Shown here piece after piece: positions 8,648-16,278 of a DNA stretch of 33,725 nt. The translations under genes were made by a program, and so were the position numbers. Position 1 is the first letter of the stretch; every line of letters starts with the position of its first letter. The stretch is from a virus (taxonomy: Duplodnaviria > Caudoviricetes). The notes beneath the pieces are model-generated. The model was not told the DNA's origin and did no database searches. It saw nothing but the letters and a program-made list of their open reading frames with translations. Where the stretch lies: the IMG/VR virus record IMGVR_UViG_3300046786_000355, positions 1 to 33,725 of that record. One strand, given 5' to 3'.

Positions 8648-9237
8648 TCGATGACCTCGAATAGCTGGCCTAGCCTGCGAAGGCCCTGGATGAACGAGAT
8701 CGCGGTCTCCTGGCTATCGAGTGAGCTTATCGTCCTGGATCCTGCGCTAGACTCGATCTCGGCCTTGAACTTCGGCAAGACCTCGCGCTTTACTTCGTCG
8801 CTAGTAACACCGAAGAAGGGACGCTTATACTTCCCGTTGGGTATCGTAGGATGGCCCTCAAATCCGGTCTGATGTCCGTAGGCCTTCGGTGCGTCCACCT
8901 CGTCGTCGATGCCGATCACGACCGAGGCTCCGTCTTCCTCGAGGATGTCGATCGAGCGGAGCATGTCCCCGGTGAGCGTCATGTTCACCTGGTTCCGGCT
9001 CTTGCCTGCTGCCTTGAAGGACAGGCTGTTAGCGTAGGATTTCGAATATGGACTCTTCAGATCCTTACGGCCCAGGCCTCGTCCTTCCTTGGCCCGGTCG
9101 ACCATGTAGTCGATCACACCCTGGGCGATCTTACGGACCAGGACAGGATCGGATGATATGTCCCGGCCAGTCAGCTCGTTTAAGTCGAGCTTCTGAGAGA
9201 CTCGGCTTTTCGTGAGCTTGATCCCTGGCTCGGCCAT
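8644..9237 (-). CDS. Virion morphogenesis family protein (Mu gpG/P2 S-like), copy 1
   Basis: PYSKSY..NMTLTGDMLRSI..KAYGHQTG..RPFFGVT. Confidence 0.65.
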   Translation of the reverse strand: MAEPGIKLTKSRVSQKLDLNELTGRDISSDPVLVRKIAQGVIDYMVDRAKEGRGLGRKDLKSPYSKSYANSLSFKAAGKSRNQVNMTLTGDMLRSIDILEEDGASVVIGIDDEVDAPKAYGHQTGFEGHPTIPNGKYKRPFFGVTSDEVKREVLPKFKAEIESSAGSRTISSLDSQETAISFIQGLRRLGQLFEVIE

Positions 9238-10769
9238 CAGTCCTCAGCTCCGACGTCGCCTTCCTCTTCTGGCATATCGTCTTCCTCGTCCTCGACTTCA
9301 GCCGCTGGTGGGGCTTTAGCTGGCACGATTCTTTCCATTTCCCGACCAGACTCTTCCTGAATCCGCTGATAGATTTCCTCAGCGTCATCCATCTCGATCT
9401 CACGGTCCAAGGCGATAGCTTCGACCTGAGTGATGAGGCCCATCTCCTTGCGTTGCTGGATGTTCTGGAGCTTCTCGGCTTCAGAGACCACGCTGGAAGG
9501 CTTCTTGTAGCTGATGCTCATGAACGCATCCTCGGAGATCGGAGCGACCCGGTAGCCAGGGAGAACGCTCGTCCCGCCGTAGGTGTTCAGGTATGCCACG
9601 ATGATCTTAAACAGCCTTTGCTCAGCATCTTTGAAAGCTGCGATGTCGGACTCGCTGGCCTCGAACTGCTCGACCATGGCCAAGAGTCGCTCGAATCCAG
9701 AGCTGTACTTGACCGAGTCCATCTTAGCATTGACCACCTTCGGATCCACGCCCCGGCTTGTTAGGAAGCTAGACAGGAGGCCCTCGAGGTAGGAGAGCGA
9801 GCCTTGCAGATCCGGGTTCGCGTTAGCATAGCCGAAATCGGTCTCGACAGGATTATTCGGATCAATGGGCAAGCGAAGGACGAAGTTAGTCCCGATCTGG
9901 ATGTTGTTCGGGATCAGGTTAGACGGAGCCTTTAGCCATGCCTGGCCGAAGCCCTGCATGCGGACCACGTTCCCGAGGTCGGTCAGGCCTGCGTTAAACT
10001 GGATCGTGAAGTCAGTAAGGGCGGCGCCAGAGCGGACCCAATACTCGCCATCCTTGCCACCGTTGATGTCCACGAATGGCACGACCCCACCGATCGGGTT
10101 TTCGTAGCTCTCGGATGGCATGATGTTTCCGTTCTCATCCATAACAAAATTGAACACAGGCGACCAGACCGCGATGGCCTTCATGCCAGCTTGGTAGTCG
10201 TCTTCATCCGCGATCATCTCGTTCATGCTGTCGCCGTCTTCGCTCACCTTGACGTTAGCCAGGTTACGGTCAAACCCGTTGATACAGTAAACCTCGCCCT
10301 CCTCCTGGTCTTGAGAGGATGGGACCACGTCGATGTTATGGGCGAGCAAGGCCTGGAGCTTTAGCTTCCCGGCGCGAGGGATCAGATAGAGATGAGTCTG
10401 GTCCTGGAGTTTGAAGTATTCGTTCGCCTTCATCATGACCGTGTCGATCTTTAAGTCCGCGTACACCTGACGGACGACCATCTCCTGCTCTTCGCTGAGG
10501 CCATAGAACTCGCGGACAGGAGCCTTACGGTAGAGGCTGGCTTCTTTCTTCACGATCCGGCGAGCCAGGTTTACAGAGCTAACGATCGGCGTGTTCTGGA
10601 TGGTATCCTTCGAGTAGAATCCCTCGAGGTAGGCCTTCACCTGTTGGAGGATCCGGTCCTTGAAAATCTCGAACTGGCCGAAGCTAACCTTCTTGCGCTC
10701 GACGTTCTCGCTTGCCTTGGATTCGTCGATGATCTGTCTACGGACGTTAGGGTTCAAAAGGTTCAGCAT
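9237..10769 (-). CDS. Portal protein
   Basis: 510 aa directly after TerL. NLARRIV, ENPIGGVVPFV, SSGFER motifs and an acidic tail (SPP1 gp6-like). Confidence 0.85.
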   Translation of the reverse strand: MLNLLNPNVRRQIIDESKASENVERKKVSFGQFEIFKDRILQQVKAYLEGFYSKDTIQNTPIVSSVNLARRIVKKEASLYRKAPVREFYGLSEEQEMVVRQVYADLKIDTVMMKANEYFKLQDQTHLYLIPRAGKLKLQALLAHNIDVVPSSQDQEEGEVYCINGFDRNLANVKVSEDGDSMNEMIADEDDYQAGMKAIAVWSPVFNFVMDENGNIMPSESYENPIGGVVPFVDINGGKDGEYWVRSGAALTDFTIQFNAGLTDLGNVVRMQGFGQAWLKAPSNLIPNNIQIGTNFVLRLPIDPNNPVETDFGYANANPDLQGSLSYLEGLLSSFLTSRGVDPKVVNAKMDSVKYSSGFERLLAMVEQFEASESDIAAFKDAEQRLFKIIVAYLNTYGGTSVLPGYRVAPISEDAFMSISYKKPSSVVSEAEKLQNIQQRKEMGLITQVEAIALDREIEMDDAEEIYQRIQEESGREMERIVPAKAPPAAEVEDEEDDMPEEEGDVGAED

Positions 10770-10770
10770 T

Positions 10771-12135
10771 TTATCTCCTTGAGCTTCCGACCATTACGGT
10801 CCCGAGCAAGTTATGCTCGTACACTACCGCATAGCCGATGGCGGTCGTGATGTGCTGGTAAGGCTTTGAGTCGTCTTCGATGTAATCGCCGGACTTCTTC
10901 AGAGCTGTCAGCCTTAGCCCATCGTGCGTCACGGGAGCCGTTTTGTAAACGAACAAGCGCCGTTCGCCAGCCTCGTTCTGGCAATAGGCGTTTACGATAT
11001 TGTGGCGCTTCCTTACAGGAGGATTCTCCCGAGGGACCTGCATCTCGAATGTGGCTCCTGAGTTGGCCAGCGTTTTCCTGATGATGTCGTAATCCGAGAC
11101 GATGGACCGCGTGTCTCTGGCCTGCCCGGAAGCGTCGCCCCTGACGATGATCTTCGCCCGGTGCGTCAGGATGCCCTTCTCGATCCATGCGTCGATAGCG
11201 TCCTGAGTCCGAGCTCCCTGGATCACGACCTCGTCGAACCAGTGCCAGGCCTTCCCGTCCCACTGGCCAGCCGCCGATGACATGGGCTTACCGTGGCCTA
11301 TGTTAAAGTCGAATGCGAGCACGATCGGAAGGTGGGGCCTCACCTGGTAGGCGGTGTTCAGATGGTTCTTATCGGCGTCGTAGGCCGAATAGATCCGATC
11401 CTGGTCGATCTCGACCCACTCGCCGTAGATGTACCTCTGGGCCTCTCGAGGCGCGAGATCCTGCTTCAGTTGCTCGATGTAAACAGGATCCAGGAATGGG
11501 TTGTCAGTCGTGACAGACTTGAACACCTTCCGAGTCCTGGCGTCGCTGTCGAAGAAGTACTTATAGACCCAGTGGCCTGGCCCGTCCGGGTTAGTGGCGG
11601 CGATCAGGATATTCTCCTTCACTTCCGGGATCCGGCGAAGACGGGCCTTCAGCGTGTCGAAGGCGGCCTTATCGTCCTCATTATTCTCGGTGAGCTCTTC
11701 GAAGACCACCATGGACAGCTTAAGCGACCGGGCCTTCTTGTATTTCTTATCCGACCAGCTTCTCGAGATGATCTCGGAGCCGTTCCACCAAGTAACCTTA
11801 GCGATCGAGTGGTTCACCCGGTAGTGCTTACCCTCGACGAAGTCTTCCGTGATGTGCTCGAGGATCTCCTTGAAGATCGTATCTTTCAGATCCGGCAACG
11901 CCTTACGCGCTAGACAGACTCGCGCTCCGGGATTCTCGACGCAATGACGGACGGCCAGATGAGCCATAAGGATAGACTTTGCGGATCCATAACTGCCAGA
12001 AAGGAGAATCTCTGGCGTACCTCGTCCGAAATCCCAGTCATCAAGAAAATCGACGACATCAGACTGATACGGAATAACTCGCGGGTTAAAGTCGCTGAAG
12101 TATGGCTTTGAGTATTGTTCGACTGTTTCACTCAT
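10771..12135 (-). CDS. terL: Terminase large subunit (PBSX-like)
   Basis: Walker A-like GSYGSAKS, Walker B VVFEE, ATNP coupling motif, DNPFL, nuclease AFDFN. Confidence 0.92.
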   Translation of the reverse strand: MSETVEQYSKPYFSDFNPRVIPYQSDVVDFLDDWDFGRGTPEILLSGSYGSAKSILMAHLAVRHCVENPGARVCLARKALPDLKDTIFKEILEHITEDFVEGKHYRVNHSIAKVTWWNGSEIISRSWSDKKYKKARSLKLSMVVFEELTENNEDDKAAFDTLKARLRRIPEVKENILIAATNPDGPGHWVYKYFFDSDARTRKVFKSVTTDNPFLDPVYIEQLKQDLAPREAQRYIYGEWVEIDQDRIYSAYDADKNHLNTAYQVRPHLPIVLAFDFNIGHGKPMSSAAGQWDGKAWHWFDEVVIQGARTQDAIDAWIEKGILTHRAKIIVRGDASGQARDTRSIVSDYDIIRKTLANSGATFEMQVPRENPPVRKRHNIVNAYCQNEAGERRLFVYKTAPVTHDGLRLTALKKSGDYIEDDSKPYQHITTAIGYAVVYEHNLLGTVMVGSSRR

Positions 12136-12452
12136 TCCTTCTTTTTGCGCTCGTAATTCATGTTGATCTTGATCGCGCCATCGCTTGCGATGTCGATCGT
12201 GTCCTTCTGTCCGAGGAGTTGCTTCCCGAGCCAGATCAGCATGGAGGCGTTACCCTTCCGAGCGGCGTCCAGTTGCCAGCGCCGAAGGGACATTTTTAAC
12301 GATGCCCGGCCTTTTGCTAATTGTTCCGCGAAACGTCGGTCGAGCGTATCGGTTGAGCATCCGACGAAGTCAGCGATCTCGGTCGTCTTGCATCCGATGG
12401 AGGCCAGCTTCTCAACCAGGTTCCCGTCGATCTCAAGTTCAGGCCTGGCCAT
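12132..12452 (-). CDS. terS: Terminase small subunit
   Basis: N-terminal HTH (TTEIADFVGCSTDTL) and GNASMLIWLGKQLLGQKD motif; ATGA overlap with terL. Confidence 0.85.
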   Translation of the reverse strand: MARPELEIDGNLVEKLASIGCKTTEIADFVGCSTDTLDRRFAEQLAKGRASLKMSLRRWQLDAARKGNASMLIWLGKQLLGQKDTIDIASDGAIKINMNYERKKKE

Positions 12453-12972
12453 TCGGTCCCTCGATCACTTCGTTTAGTTTCGAATCAAACACCTCGTAGC
12501 ACTTCGGGCATCTCACGAGAGACTGGTCCTCGTCCTTCTGGGCCTGCTTCTGGTCTACCTCCGACAGATCGAGAGTGAAGTCCTTGAGTCCTAGCATCTC
12601 GAGATCGAAGTCCGGGCCCAGGTCTGGCAGATCCGCGTTGATCCCAGCCAGGTCGAGCTCGGCCCAAGATGCGATCGCGTTGTCCGCTTGGATGAACGCA
12701 TACTCGGCTGTTTCATCCGCGAACTTCTGGTAGACCACAGGCATCGAGTCAAATCCTGCCTTCTTCCCTGCCAGCTTCCGTCCGTGGCCTGCTACGATAC
12801 AGCCAGAGAGCTCGGAGATAATGATCGGGTGTCTGATCCCGTGGTACTCGTAGAGCTTCGCCAGACGCTCGATCTGCTCGTCTGAGTGCTTGTTTCGGTT
12901 CTTCGGGTGATCCTTCAGCTCATGGATGGGAATCATCCGGTCGTATCGACAATGGATCTCGGGAATGTTCAT
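12439..12972 (-). CDS. ParB/Srx N-terminal domain protein (start refined to MNIPEIH)
   Basis: HPKNRNKH, IVAGHGR, ADNAIA, C-terminal CPKC; typical neighbour of terS; GGAGG RBS upstream. Confidence 0.85.
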   Translation of the reverse strand: MNIPEIHCRYDRMIPIHELKDHPKNRNKHSDEQIERLAKLYEYHGIRHPIIISELSGCIVAGHGRKLAGKKAGFDSMPVVYQKFADETAEYAFIQADNAIASWAELDLAGINADLPDLGPDFDLEMLGLKDFTLDLSEVDQKQAQKDEDQSLVRCPKCYEVFDSKLNEVIEGPNGQA

Positions 12973-13141
12973 AGCGTTCTGTTCCTCCACTGGACGGTCC
13001 AGTTAGCCCCACCGGGGCCTCTCTCTCCAGTGTTAGACCATCCACGTCAGGAATCAAAGCCGAACGCATTACCGCACCGCGCCGTGAGAGTAGGCTTTTT
13101 TTTCCCAGTGATCCCCTTACCCTATGAACGGGGGAACACGC

Positions 13142-14092
13142 ATGGACCAGAAGCACTACGTGGTCGTAAAGCTGAAGGAGCTCGCGCATGAGTTGGGGCG
13201 CGTCCCGATGATCTCGGACTTTCAAGCGATCTTTCCGCGCATCCCGGTCGGGATCCTGTTCGGCACTTGGGACAATGCTCTCCGGGCGGCTGGCCTGGTG
13301 GAGAAGGAAAAGGAAGAGCCGAAGAAAAAAGATCCATTCCCGGCAATCGACGACCCGGAGAAGATCAAAGAGATCGTCTACTCTCAGGAGCACAGGAACG
13401 TCGTCAGGCTTAACCACGCCGAGAAGATCATGGTCGTGGGCGATATGCACTTGCCATTCGTGAACCTGAACGCGCTCTCGATGGTCTACGCCTTCGCCCA
13501 GAAGGAACAGCCGGACGTGATCGTCCAGGTAGGTGATCTGACCGACCAGTATTCTGCCTCGAAATTCGCCAGGTCGCTTAACACCTACACGCCGAAGGCT
13601 GAGGATGATCTGTCTAGGGAGATGGCCGAGGACTTCTGGAAGACGCTCCAGCAAGTAGCGCCGAAGGCGAAATGCTTTCAGCTCATGGGCAACCATGACG
13701 CCAGGATCCTCAAGCGCATCGTCGAGAAGTGCCCGGAGGGCGAGCACCTGATCGCCCAGGCTATCCGCTCGAGAATGACATTCGAAGGAGTGACAACCAT
13801 CCATGACCCGACCGAGGAACTCTACATTAACGGAATCCTGTTCATCCACGGCCACTATTCAAAGCTGGGCGCGCACCGTGATTTTAACCAGTGTAATGTC
13901 GTGTGCGGTCACTCTCACCGTGGCGGGGTTAACTATCGGAGCTATAATGGCGAGACCTTCTGGGAGCTTAACGCTGGCTTCATCGGCGACCCATATTCGA
14001 AAGCCCTCTCCTACCGTCCGCAACGGATCCATAACTGGACGACAGGGATCGGTCTCATCGACGAATACGGTCCGCGCTTTATCAGCTTCTGA
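13142..14092 (+). CDS. Calcineurin-like metallophosphoesterase with N-terminal HNH-associated-repeat (HTH-like) domain
   Basis: All five motifs: GDMH, GDLTD, GNHD, HGH, GHSH. N-terminus LKELAHELGRVP..FGTWDNALRAAGL. GGGGG RBS before ATG 13142. Confidence 0.88.
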   Translation: MDQKHYVVVKLKELAHELGRVPMISDFQAIFPRIPVGILFGTWDNALRAAGLVEKEKEEPKKKDPFPAIDDPEKIKEIVYSQEHRNVVRLNHAEKIMVVGDMHLPFVNLNALSMVYAFAQKEQPDVIVQVGDLTDQYSASKFARSLNTYTPKAEDDLSREMAEDFWKTLQQVAPKAKCFQLMGNHDARILKRIVEKCPEGEHLIAQAIRSRMTFEGVTTIHDPTEELYINGILFIHGHYSKLGAHRDFNQCNVVCGHSHRGGVNYRSYNGETFWELNAGFIGDPYSKALSYRPQRIHNWTTGIGLIDEYGPRFISF

Positions 14093-14102
14093 GGAGGTCT
14101 TT

Positions 14103-14420
14103 ATGGTCGTGAAGGTAGTGAATAAAAAGTGGAAGATCACCGTTCGCACGGACAAAATCCATAACGCTCGCTTTGGTGAGACGCACGGGATCGCCATGCT
14201 GGAAGATCGGAAGATCCACATCAGGCGCTCTAGCATGAACTCGGAGACGATCCTCCACGAGCTGATCCATGCCTATCAGCACGAGCTCTCGTTTCATGAG
14301 CTCCAGCTAGACGACGACCAGGTCGAGGAGTGGTTCGCCGAGCTGTTCGGGAAATACGGTCGCACGATGATCAAGGACGCTGATCGGCTCCTGGCTTACT
14401 ACCGGGAGCGGAAGAAGTGA
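14103..14420 (+). CDS. Minimal zincin metallopeptidase (HExxH)
   Basis: GAGGAGG RBS before ATG 14103; TILHELIHAY with downstream EEWFAE as likely third ligand; 105 aa. Confidence 0.75.
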   Translation: MVVKVVNKKWKITVRTDKIHNARFGETHGIAMLEDRKIHIRRSSMNSETILHELIHAYQHELSFHELQLDDDQVEEWFAELFGKYGRTMIKDADRLLAYYRERKK

Positions 14421-14701
14421 GATCGGTAGCCCAGGCGCTTGTACTGCTCGTCGCGGTATGCTTTAGCCTAGACCAGATCCGGGACGCCGAGTGTAAAACC
14501 TATTGTAGGACCGCAGCCGGGTATGACTCCGGGATGTGGATCGTGAAGCAAAGGCGATGCTGGTGCGGTGATCTCATGGATCAGGAGAGGCTGTCGGATA
14601 AGAAAATCATGGCGCCGAAGAAGGTTAACAAAGTCAGGAAAACGAGCTTCATGGTCCCGATGAGTGTGCCGAGCGAGGACTTCAGGCTTCCTTGGGAGTG
14701 A
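14417..14701 (+). CDS. Secreted/membrane-anchored cysteine-rich peptide (defensin-like CxxxC...CxC)
   Basis: GTGA overlap with the upstream stop; hydrophobic N-terminus; CKTYC-x4-GYDSG-x8-CWCG. Confidence 0.6.
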   Translation: MRSVAQALVLLVAVCFSLDQIRDAECKTYCRTAAGYDSGMWIVKQRRCWCGDLMDQERLSDKKIMAPKKVNKVRKTSFMVPMSVPSEDFRLPWE

Positions 14702-14839
14702 TTAGTTAAGGCTCTTCTTCCGTTCATCAGATACCACCATCAGGATCGAGCGACAGTCCGCGCATACCCAGGTGTAAATCTTACGAATCACCTGGTCGCC
14801 CGTCTTCGTCATTCCGCATTCCTCGCAATAAAACACCAC
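14702..14839 (-). CDS. Zinc-ribbon micro-protein (45 aa, not in ORF track)
   Basis: Manual translation MVFYCEECGMTKTGDQVIRKIYTWVCADCRSILMVVSDERKKSLN; two CxxC; GGGGGTG upstream of the GTG start. Confidence 0.6.
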   Translation of the reverse strand: MVFYCEECGMTKTGDQVIRKIYTWVCADCRSILMVVSDERKKSLN

Positions 14840-14874
14840 GCTCGATCACCCCCATCCTTCTGACAGCATAGCCC

Positions 14875-14932
14875 GAAGAAAAGAAAAGGCCAGAACCATT
14901 GAAAGGAACGCGCATGGCGTTGGTCCTGGCCT
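14875..14932 (-). terminator. Intrinsic terminator-like hairpin
   Basis: Minus strand AGGCCAGGACCA...TGGTTCTGGCCT (12 bp, one G-U, long loop) followed by TTTCTTTTCTT. Confidence 0.6.
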
Positions 14933-14959
14933 CGCTCATCGGATGGGAGCCGACGAAAC

Positions 14960-15109
14960 TTATTTCTTCTTTTTGGTCGCGGCTTTCTTCGCCTTCTTGG
15001 CAACGGAGAGCGCGATGGCAACGGCTTGCTTCTGAGGCTTGCCTGCCTTCATCTCGGTCTTGATGTTTTTAGAGATCGTTTTATCGGAGTATCCTTTTTT
15101 CAGTGGCAT
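14960..15109 (-). CDS. Small basic phage protein (MPLKKG...KQAVAIAL type)
   Basis: 49-aa Lys-rich protein of a pattern I recognise near phage packaging genes. An in-frame upstream start at 15244 also has an RBS. Confidence 0.75.
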   Translation of the reverse strand: MPLKKGYSDKTISKNIKTEMKAGKPQKQAVAIALSVAKKAKKAATKKKK

Positions 15110-15227
15110 TTTCTTTCCCTTTCTTTTGTTGGTTTTAGTTCTCCTTGCAGCGCCCACGGTCTGGGGGGAGTCCGTGAGCGTTGCGAGGAACCTAGACAGT
15201 AGGCTGTCGAGGAAGTTGATAATCTTT

Positions 15228-15389
15228 TTAGCGATGGCGATCATGGCGGTGGCTCCTGTCGGATGCGATTAAGAACAGGCCGATCAGTGTGACCAGGCCG
15301 AAGACGAGCATGAAGAACACGAAGATCATGAAGCCCACAGCGACGAGCGGATCGTTCGAATCAAGGGCCTGAAGTATTGCCTGAGTCAT
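15228..15389 (-). CDS. Single-pass membrane micro-protein (53 aa, not in ORF track)
   Basis: MTQAILQALDSNDPLVAVGFMIFVFFMLVFGLVTLIGLFLIASDRSHRHDRHR; AAGGA upstream. Confidence 0.6.
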   Translation of the reverse strand: MTQAILQALDSNDPLVAVGFMIFVFFMLVFGLVTLIGLFLIASDRSHRHDRHR

Positions 15390-15717
15390 GGTTAGCGAGT
15401 TCCTTTTCTACGTCGTATATCGACCGGGCCACGAATGCAAGACCCCCTCGATCATTTATTTTCTGAATAAAAAACTGTTGCTCTGGGCTCACGCGACCCT
15501 TCTCGGTCTTGACTTCGATAGCCAGGATCCGACCACCGGGAAGGATGCCTAGAATGTCCGAGACTCCCTTGATGTGGAACGGATTATTATTCTTCCGATA
15601 GATCCGCTTTACTGGATCGTAAATCCCGACCGACTGATTCTTCCAAGCGAAGATACCGCGCTTGAAAAGGTAAGTGAGGATCTGGTTCTCGATGAGCTTT
15701 TCCGGCTGTGTTGACAT
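15361..15717 (-). CDS. VRR-NUC family nuclease (putative Holliday junction resolvase)
   Basis: EKLIENQI, GVSDI, AIEVK, GRVSPEQ..F motifs (PD-(D/E)xK); start refined to MSTQPEK. Confidence 0.85.
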   Translation of the reverse strand: MSTQPEKLIENQILTYLFKRGIFAWKNQSVGIYDPVKRIYRKNNNPFHIKGVSDILGILPGGRILAIEVKTEKGRVSPEQQFFIQKINDRGGLAFVARSIYDVEKELANHDSGNTSGP

Positions 15718-15805
15718 AGGCTGAAGTAAATCAGGGCGGTCAACCGAAGTCAACCGCCCCGACCAGCGCCGCGAGAGTAGCAGGCTATTCCCTGGCCTGC
15801 TGGCG

Positions 15806-16267
15806 CTATCTGTTGAAATCATCCCACGAAGGACCGGAGGCCTTCTGCTGGATCGGCCTTTGCGCTGGCCTTGCCTGGACTGGCTTAGGCGCTTCACGCT
15901 CGGCCCTGTTTGCGTCGTCATCCTCCTCGGCTCCGAGTGCCACCAAGGAAGCGAGGCCTAGCCTGCGCCCGTAGGTGAGCGCGGACCCGAAGCCCTGCAT
16001 GGTCTGGCGTTCGAGGACCAGGTAAATCCTGCTCTCGATCTGCTCGCCAGATTCGTGGATCAGCTTAGTCTCGACGAAGTGGCCCTCTGGATCCTTGCCA
16101 CAGGTCTGAGCGATGACGATCCCGTTCTGGTTCAGCTCAACCTTCACCGCATCCAGGACAGCCTCAAGCGTTGCGTACCTGCTTTTGAAGTGTGGATTGT
16201 TCGCGTTCTTCCGAGCGTTCTCGATCTTCTTCTGTGCTTCAAGTAATGCCTTCACGATGTTCTTCAT
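15806..16267 (-). CDS. erf: ERF family single-strand annealing protein
   Basis: NPHFKSRYATL, LIHESGE, QGFGSALTYGRR, EDDDAN; GAAGGAGG RBS before ATG 16267. Confidence 0.9.
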   Translation of the reverse strand: MKNIVKALLEAQKKIENARKNANNPHFKSRYATLEAVLDAVKVELNQNGIVIAQTCGKDPEGHFVETKLIHESGEQIESRIYLVLERQTMQGFGSALTYGRRLGLASLVALGAEEDDDANRAEREAPKPVQARPAQRPIQQKASGPSWDDFNR

Positions 16268-16278
16268 GGTCGCCTCCT

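Noticed and set aside
11970-12000. Degenerate TerL Walker A (GSYGSAKS) as a sign of inactivation
   Set aside because: Catalytic Lys-Ser and the other motifs are intact; a Gly-to-Ala change alone does not indicate loss of function.
12920-13855. 311-aa minus-strand ORF
   Set aside because: Antisense to the metallophosphoesterase, which has all catalytic motifs; this ORF has none.
13803-14102. Long N-terminal extensions in the ORF track (also 15718-15921, 17612-17875, 19651-19683)
   Set aside because: They overlap upstream genes or structured regions. Better starts lie downstream, supported by RBS, coupling or domain boundaries.
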